Part shown: piece by piece, positions 56,746 through 64,000 of the stretch | Numbering within the stretch: the first letter of the stretch is position 1 | Layout of the letters: every line of letters starts with the position of its first letter | Source of the DNA: the human T2T-CHM13v2.0 reference genome, Homo sapiens | Reading direction: 5' to 3' (one strand) | DNA: 64,000 nt | Assembly: GCF_009914755.1 (NCBI RefSeq) | Contig: NC_060937.1 | Notes under the pieces: generated by a model | What the model was told of the DNA's origin: nothing | Databases searched by the model: none | The model's input: only the letters and a program-made list of their open reading frames with translations | Program-made: the position numbers and the translations under genes

Positions 56746-56899
56746 CATTATTGATTATCCTGGCAATGTGTTACACTCTGGGAATTCAAAAATTAGTGAT
56801 TTATGATTACTCTTAAGGGACAGACATGGAAACAAACACATTACAATATAGTGTGATAGTTGCAGCAATAGAAGCACGTGGACAACACAGATATAATAA

Positions 56900-57175
56900 T
56901 TCAATTCAACACATACTTGCTGTGAGAACTTCTATGTACCAGGCACTGTGCTAAGCTCTGAGAATACAGCTGAACACAAGACAGACACATCTCTTGGGGG
57001 GAGATAGACATTAAATAATTAATTACATATGTGGAAGTATTCCACAAGCTACCATGAGAATGAGGGTTGTGAGAAAAGAAAGGCTTCGCTGAAGAAGTAG
57101 TGTTTGAGCTGAGGCTGAATAAAGTGTAGAGATTGGCCAAGCGTGAAGGGAGGGGAAGAGAATCCCAGCGAGATG
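56900..57175 (-). mobile_element. L2 3' end
   Basis: ttcaattcaacacatacttg...ctatgtaccaggcactgtgctaagctctgagaatacagc...gaaggcttc.ctgaagaag. Confidence 0.82.
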
Positions 57176-57238
57176 TCACCAGTGAACTTCCCTAAAGCCC
57201 CGTCATCAAGCTTCCCTGAAATCGTTTTTGTAAAGAAC

Positions 57239-57543
57239 CTTTTTTTTTTTTTTTTTTTAGAGATAAGGTCTTGCTTTATTGCCCAGGCTGGAGTGCTGTG
57301 GCATGATCAGAGTTCACTGTAACCTCGAACTTCTGGGCTCAAGCGATCCTCCTGCTTCAGCCTCCTGAGTAGCTAGGACTACAGCCATGTACCACCATGC
57401 CTGGGTAATTATCTTTTTCTTTTCCATAAAGACATGATTTCACTCTGTTGCCCAGGCTGGTCTCAAACTCCTGGCCTCAAGTGATCCTCTTGCCTTGATC
57501 TTCCAAAGGGCTGGGATTACAGGTATGAGTTACCACACCTGCT
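57239..57543 (-). mobile_element. AluJ-like
   Basis: Poly-T, 'atcagagttcactgtaacctcgaacttctgggctcaagcgatcc'. Confidence 0.94.
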
Positions 57544-58129
57544 GATTTCCGTGAAATCTAAATGTTCTTTTGCAAAGTTCGTGTGTGAGGATCACTTCAA
57601 GTTTTTCTCATATTTGCTGGAGAGAGAAATAATCCAAGATGCACATAGAGGTATTATAGTAAACTTGGAGACTCATGCTTGTTTTGGCAGTGTTGGTGTG
57701 ACTTACAGACAAAATAGAAGGTCTTGTTTGTTATGAATTAAAGAGTTTGGAGCAGATCTTCCACACTTATATGGAGATTCATTTCTTAGGGTGACTTTCT
57801 CTCAAGGGCATCTTATAAAATTCATGTATTCTAAGAAAATATAATACATTAGCAGGAGTAAGTGTAACATTACTTTTTGAAGGAAGAGAAAGGAAAGAAG
57901 GGGCAAAGGCCTTGTTGGGGTCGGGGGAGTGACCTGAAATTAAAGGATAATGAAGGGGAGGCCATGGAATAAGATACCACATTTCTCTAGACTCAAACTG
58001 TCTAGGGCTGGCCTTGAGGAATGGGTTAAAATAAAATATAGAAAAAAAAGAGAAAATATTGGAAACCAAAATGATTTACATGGGTGCTCTGAATTCATGA
58101 ATCATCTACAGAGAAGTAAGAGTGAAAAA

Positions 58130-59600
58130 TCTTCCTTGAAAAACCCACTCAGTGACACTTCTCTGACCACCCTCTCCTGGATGATGTTAATCGCCTTTTC
58201 TTCTGTACTATCTCACTTCTTTGTATTCATCTCAAATTTTGCAAATGTTACCTACTGTGTTATATGGTTTGCTCGTAGTTTTTGTCTTTTATTCATCTCT
58301 AAACTGCTTGAGATTGGATTTATTCTCTCATGATTCTCGGCACCTAGCTCAGTACCTGAGATTTGGTACTTTTTTTGGGTGAATTAACGAGCAATTTTGA
58401 GGGAATGGAAGAGAGAAGAATGATTTAGATAGAGGTTAGACAAAAATTAAAATGTTGTGGAGGACAGATAGGGAATGAAGTGTCAAGATAAAAGAGCTAT
58501 GACAACAAAGGGGGCCTGACGCAGTTTGGGCCCTCAGGAGGTCTCTGAGGGAGTGCTGTTGAGTTGAGATCTGAAAGACCATCAGGCATGTACTAAACCA
58601 GGAGAGGAAACCTAAGGGAGCAACCCAAACAAGTCTCCTGGATAATGATGGAAGTGAGTTAAGAGCTAGGTGGAAGGTAAAATCAATAAGGCTTTATTAC
58701 TCATTCAACAGATGCTATATTCCTTACATCCCTCTAGCTCTGGAGACACAGTGGCAAATGAGCAAGTCCAGCATTCAAAGGACTTACATTTTAGTAGAGA
58801 GAGATAGATAAACAAACATGCAATCATTATTTGTTGATGGTGCCAGAGATAATTGACAAGGATGGCTTCCAGCTTTCTAAATTGGGCAACTGATGGATGC
58901 TGGGCTATTTGCAGAGACAGGAAATGCTGAAGGAGGACCAGGTCTGTCCAGGCAGGGTATGGATTCCATTTTGGACATACTGTTTAAGTGGCTTTGAGAT
59001 GAACAAATGGATTCCAAGTAGTCAGTTGTATATGTGGGCTTGGGTTTGAAGTTGTCTGGGCCTGAGACACACATCTGGGAGTCAGTAACGTATAGATGGT
59101 AATTAAAACCATGGGGGTAGGAAGAGCTATCCTTACAACCACTCAAACCAGGCACTTCAATTCATGGAGAGCCGTTCACATAGACTGTGGTCTGAATAGT
59201 GTCTCCTGCATTTATACAGAGTGGTGACCATGGGTGTGGACAAGATGACCTAGTGAAAAAATATGGAGTGAGAAGAAAAGTGAGTTTCTAGGACTAAATC
59301 TTCAATTACTTCAACATTTAAAGGCCCGGCTAAGAGGAAAGAGTTCTTAAGGGAGAGTGTGGTGGAGCAGCAGAGTTGGGAGGAAAACCAGGAGCGTAAT
59401 GTCAGTGAAACCCAAGGAAGAGAGAGCTTTGAGGAGGAATCGGATAGCAGGGTCAACTGCTGCTGAGAAATCTAGTAAGATACGAACTGGACACGTGTCA
59501 TCTCAGCTCATTGGTGGCCTCAGTAAAAGCAGTTTTGCAGGAGTGATAAAAGTGGAATAATATGGCCAGATTGGAATAGGTTGAGAAATGAGTAGGAGGT
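58130..59600. mobile_element. L2 relics (+ 58130-58385; - 58700-59600)
   Basis: cacctagctcagtacctg; tttggacatactgtttaagtg...ctgggcctgagacacacatctgggagtcag...ggaggaaaaccaggag...tcaactgctgctgaga. Confidence 0.75.
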
Positions 59601-60850
59601 GAAGACATGTAGACAGCTGATGTGTCCTATAACATGACATTTGAAGAATGTCCTCACCCAGCCATGTGGGATGAGCCCCAAGTTGAGGCAATTCAGCTCA
59701 GATGGAAGTGGTAATCTTGCAAGAAACCCAATTTGGAGTTGTCGGGCTTAGAAGTGATTAGGGCTCTGAGAAATAGATTTTTCTTTTTTCACTTCCTCTG
59801 CCATTTTATTCTCTCAAATATGACATTGATTAGAATGCCAGTGTTTGAGGTGATGACAAGAGAGTGTTTTTGGAATAGGGACTGGAATTTCCAGCACACA
59901 CATTGAGTTGATTCTACTGTTATATTTGAATAGCACTAATAAATTGGGAAAACATGGTGCAGACCACACACAACTGTTGGAATGTCCTCCACTGATGTAA
60001 AGATTATATGATTATATTCCCCAGACCCTTGCATTTAAATACACCCTACTCTTCTTGCCCAGTCTGTCCATTGGCCTTTAAGGAAATACCAATCTTGTAA
60101 TCACTCTCAGCTTATGATGTTTCTCGGCCTCTTCAATGGCATGTGGGAATTAGTGTTTCCTGGGTGAAGGTTAATTTGGGGGAAGAGTCTAGATAACTCA
60201 GTGGCTTTAGGACTCATTTGTTGGGACCAGAGGTCCCACATTTGCCCTTGACCTTATGGGATCTGTGGGTTGTCTTTTCCCTTTGTTGTGGGACTGCCAT
60301 CCAAGAACCTGTTCTCTGTATCTATAGCATGGAGCTGTCCTCCAGAGTGCTCTTTAGAAAGAGCTCCAATAATTGGGAATTATGCAAATTTAGAAAAGGG
60401 TATTTCAAGTCTATTTTCAGTCATTTCCCAAGATATTTAAAAGTATAGTATAGAGAAAAATCGTTTTGCATTTCATATAGGCTTGGGATAGCCCATTGTC
60501 AAAATTCAGTGCATGTCACAATGTAATTCACTGGAGGAAAATATGCTATCAACAGGATTTCCAAGCAAAAAGCCTGGCACTAATTATTGCCCTCTCTTTA
60601 GTGTCTTTAACTGCCAGATCTAACATGTGTTAACCTTATACAGCATAGTTGTAACACCAAAGGTTAGTCTCTCATTCATACAAAATTTGTGTGAGCTTAG
60701 GAATTCACCACTAAGCACATCTAAGCAATGTTAAAAGAGTGGGCATATATTCACTATTCTGATATAACTGCACACAGAGTTGGTAACTTGAAAAGTGAAG
60801 AATATATAATATAAATGGTAATGTGAAACAAAAAATTCTACTGAAGTTTA

Positions 60851-60906
60851 TAGAATGCAGGTGTACCTATCAACATCACCTGTATTCAGCCATTTAAAAA
60901 TCTCTC

Positions 60907-60959
<53 letters not shown>

Positions 60960-61000
60960 CTTTGCTCTAATCAAATATTTCCACTTAAAATTCAAATGTT
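60851..61000 (+). repeat. Dispersed duplication copy A containing (CA)22 (partner 62799-62935)
   Basis: First 32 bp identical (tagaatgcaggtgtacctatcaacatcacctg); both copies continue through (CA)n to tttgctctaatcaa...aaaattcaaatgt. Confidence 0.93.
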
Positions 61001-61134
61001 TCCTTGAAGGAAGATATTGTACTGTTTCAAAGTAGAGTTAGAGTCAATACAGTCTTTAGTTTTACACACAGGTTCACTGGAGGCTGTTCTGCCTCGGTAG
61101 CAGTCACTCAGTTTGAAATAAATTAGTGTTTGGA

Positions 61135-61440
<306 letters not shown>

Positions 61441-62798
61441 TTAGTGTTTGGAAAAGCTGTGGGGTGGAACACCTTCTTACTCTTTGGGAGCAACTGGGAA
61501 ACTAAAGAGAAAGAGATATGTCTTGTCTTGAAGGAAACTTGTTGACAATTGCTTAATAGAATGATGATAACTGAAAAAAATATGTATTCGTTTTTTAGTC
61601 TCTGAACATTCCCATCTATTTTGTGTTGGATAGGAACATCTAATAGGAACATCCACTAGTAGATAGAAACATCTGCTATGTGTTCCTACCTGTGTTCTCT
61701 ATTTGAAGTTGGAGATCTCTCAAGAACAAGTATTCTTTCAGGAAAGTACCACTGCTATCAGTAGTCCTTTTTTATAATTTTTTTTTGTTTTATTCATGTT
61801 TTCAGTGTCACTTTTACAATGTACTCCTCTTGTATTCTTTCTTTGAATGGTCAGATGTCAAGCACTGTAGGAGTTTTGGGGCAGGAAACTGGTCTGCTAA
61901 ATCTGTGAACTATTGCAGGTCACTGCTGCTGTGATACTTTGGGAATGAAGTCCCAATGATACCTCTAAACAGTCACAGCTGTTTGAGCTCTCTCAGCTAC
62001 TGCAAATAATTCACTGACCTGCACAGTTAGAACTATCAAGAGTTTTTTAAAAGCAATGTTGCCTGCATAGAATTGAGAAGTTGTAGAAGAAAAGAGAGAA
62101 GGCCTATTCAATATTTTAAAGATTTATTATGTTTTTCTGATTATAAAAGTGATACTGGCTGATTACAGACAACTTGGAAAAGACATATTAAATATTAAAA
62201 GAAAAATGTTCTATTTATGGAGCGTTTGGATACTATGTTTTTGATGTTGTGCATGTGTTCTTGGGGACTTGACTTCATGTCAATAAAGGACAGCAGCATC
62301 TCATAATGCCACTGCCATTGGCCTTGCACCTCTGCTCTGATTTTCTTTCCTTTCACAACATCATAAACAAAACCACATGTTACTTGTGTGGTCAAGTTAA
62401 AGGAAAGAATATCTCACCAAAATGAAAGAACTACAAGTGAAAAAAATAAACCCAGCCCTATGGTTTTCCTTTGCTCACTGTTATGTTTCTTGTAGGAGGC
62501 TTGAAGTGGCAAATGTGAGCCAGTGGTCATAGCTTGAGCTATCTGTTTTCTGTATGCACTGCATCCAAGGCTGGCTTTCAACTCACTAAAGAAAATTTAT
62601 CCCAAACAACAGGACTTTGATTTTCCAAGCTCCTTTTCAAACTCAGCTTGGCTTTATTGATGTTGAATATATTTATTCATGGTGTTTGCACTAGTCTTGG
62701 AGCTGTCTGTGTGAGTAGACCTGACTACATATTGAATTATACATTATTCATTTGCTATAATTTCTTTGACAGCCATTTTCTCCTTCTAAATTCTGTTG

Positions 62799-62935
62799 TA
62801 GAATGCAGGTGTACCTATCAACATCACCTGCCTTCATCCATGTTTAAATCTCTCTTGTCTTATGCACACACACACACACACACACACATACCCCTTTGCT
62901 CTAATCAAGGATTTCCTTTTAAAAATTCAAATGTC
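62799..62935 (+). repeat. Dispersed duplication copy B containing (CA)12
   Basis: Aligns to 60851-61000; stops abruptly at the L1PA 5' junction. Confidence 0.93.
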
Positions 62936-64000
62936 TGGGCAAGGACTTCATGACTAAAACACCAAAAGCAATCGTAACAAAAGCCAAAATTGACAAATGG
63001 GATCCAATTAAACTAAAGAGCTTCTGCATGGCAAAAGAAACTACCATCAGACTGAACAGGCAACCTACAGAATGGGAGAACATTTTTGCAATCTACCCAT
63101 CTGACAAAGGGCTAATATCCAGAATCTACAAAGAACTTAAACAAATTTACAAGAAAAAATCAAACAACCCCATCAAAAAGTAGGTGAAGAATATGAACAG
63201 ACACTTCTCAAAAGAAGACATTTATGCAGCCAACAGACACATGAAAAAATGCTCTTCATCACTAGTCATCAGAGAAATGCAAATCAAAACCACAATGAGA
63301 TACCATCTCACACCAGTCAGAATGGTGATCATTAAAAAGTCAGGAAACAACAGATGCTGCAGAGGATGTGGAGAAATAGGAACGTTTTTACACTGTTGAT
63401 GGGTGTGTAAACTAGTTCAACCATTGTGGAAGACAGTGTGGCGACTCCTCAAGGATCTAGAACTAGAAATACCATTTGACCCAGCAATCCCATTACTGGG
63501 TGTATACCCAAAGGAGTATAAATTATGCTACTATGAAGACACATGCACACGTATGTTTATTGCGACACTATTCACAATAGGAAAGACTTGGAATCAACCC
63601 AAATATCCATCAATAATAGACTGAATTAAGAAAATGTGGCACATATACACCATGGAATACTATGCAGCCATAAAAAAGGATGAGTTCATGTCCTTTGCAG
63701 GGACATGGATGACGCTAGAATCCATCATTCTCAGCAAACTATCACAAGGACAGAAAACCAAACACCACATGTTCTTACTCATAGGTGGGAATTGAACAAT
63801 GAGAACACTTGGACACAGGGTGCGGAACATCACACACCAGGGCCTGTCAAGGGGTGGGAGCCTGGGGGAGGGATAGCATTAGGAGAAATACCTAATGTAA
63901 ATGACGAGTTGATGGGTGCAGCAAACCAACATGGCACATGTATACCTATATAACAAACCTGCATGTTGTGCACATGTACCCTAGAACTTAAAGTATAATA
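62936..64000 (+). mobile_element. 5'-truncated L1PA (PA6/PA7-like): ORF2 C-terminus and 3' UTR
   Basis: Three in-frame ORF pieces ([13 protein letters not shown]; [10 protein letters not shown]; EIPFDPAIPLLG) separated by stops; 3' UTR ends 'ccctagaacttaaagtataata' at the window edge. Confidence 0.97.

Noticed and set aside
62950-63624. Three ORF2 stops all at Trp codons (TGG to TAG/TGA) as APOBEC hypermutation
   Set aside because: Only three events in mixed contexts; TGG is a common source of nonsense transitions and I see no clear general G-to-A excess.

Overview
Primate (simian, probably human/catarrhine) non-coding genomic DNA, intronic or intergenic. I recognise no protein-coding gene, RNA gene or CpG island. 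The ORF track is explained by Alu, L1 ORF2 and MaLR remnants plus chance ORFs. Much of the window is transposable element: over 20 Alus (J/S type, many with visible TSDs), a ~7 kb near-full-length old L1M carrying a nested Tigger2a-like element and Alus, a complete THE1A MaLR provirus (TSD TTTAC) with an Alu in its 3' LTR, MST and MLT1 solo LTRs, MER82-, Tigger3b-, MER5- and MADE1-like DNA transposons, many MIR/L2 relics and a 5'-truncated L1PA at the right edge. Subfamily calls come from remembered consensus sequences. The most unusual signal is a recurring set of local copy events. Four 100-270 bp segments are duplicated in direct orientation 1-2.2 kb away (1733/2751, 7401/8641, 14815/17028, 60851/62799), and there are also a 139-bp tandem duplication and several fold-back or micro-inversion scars. 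Two frame-preserving microexon candidates (9 nt on -, 12 nt on +) and several CpG-retaining enhancer/promoter-like unique segments deserve checking.
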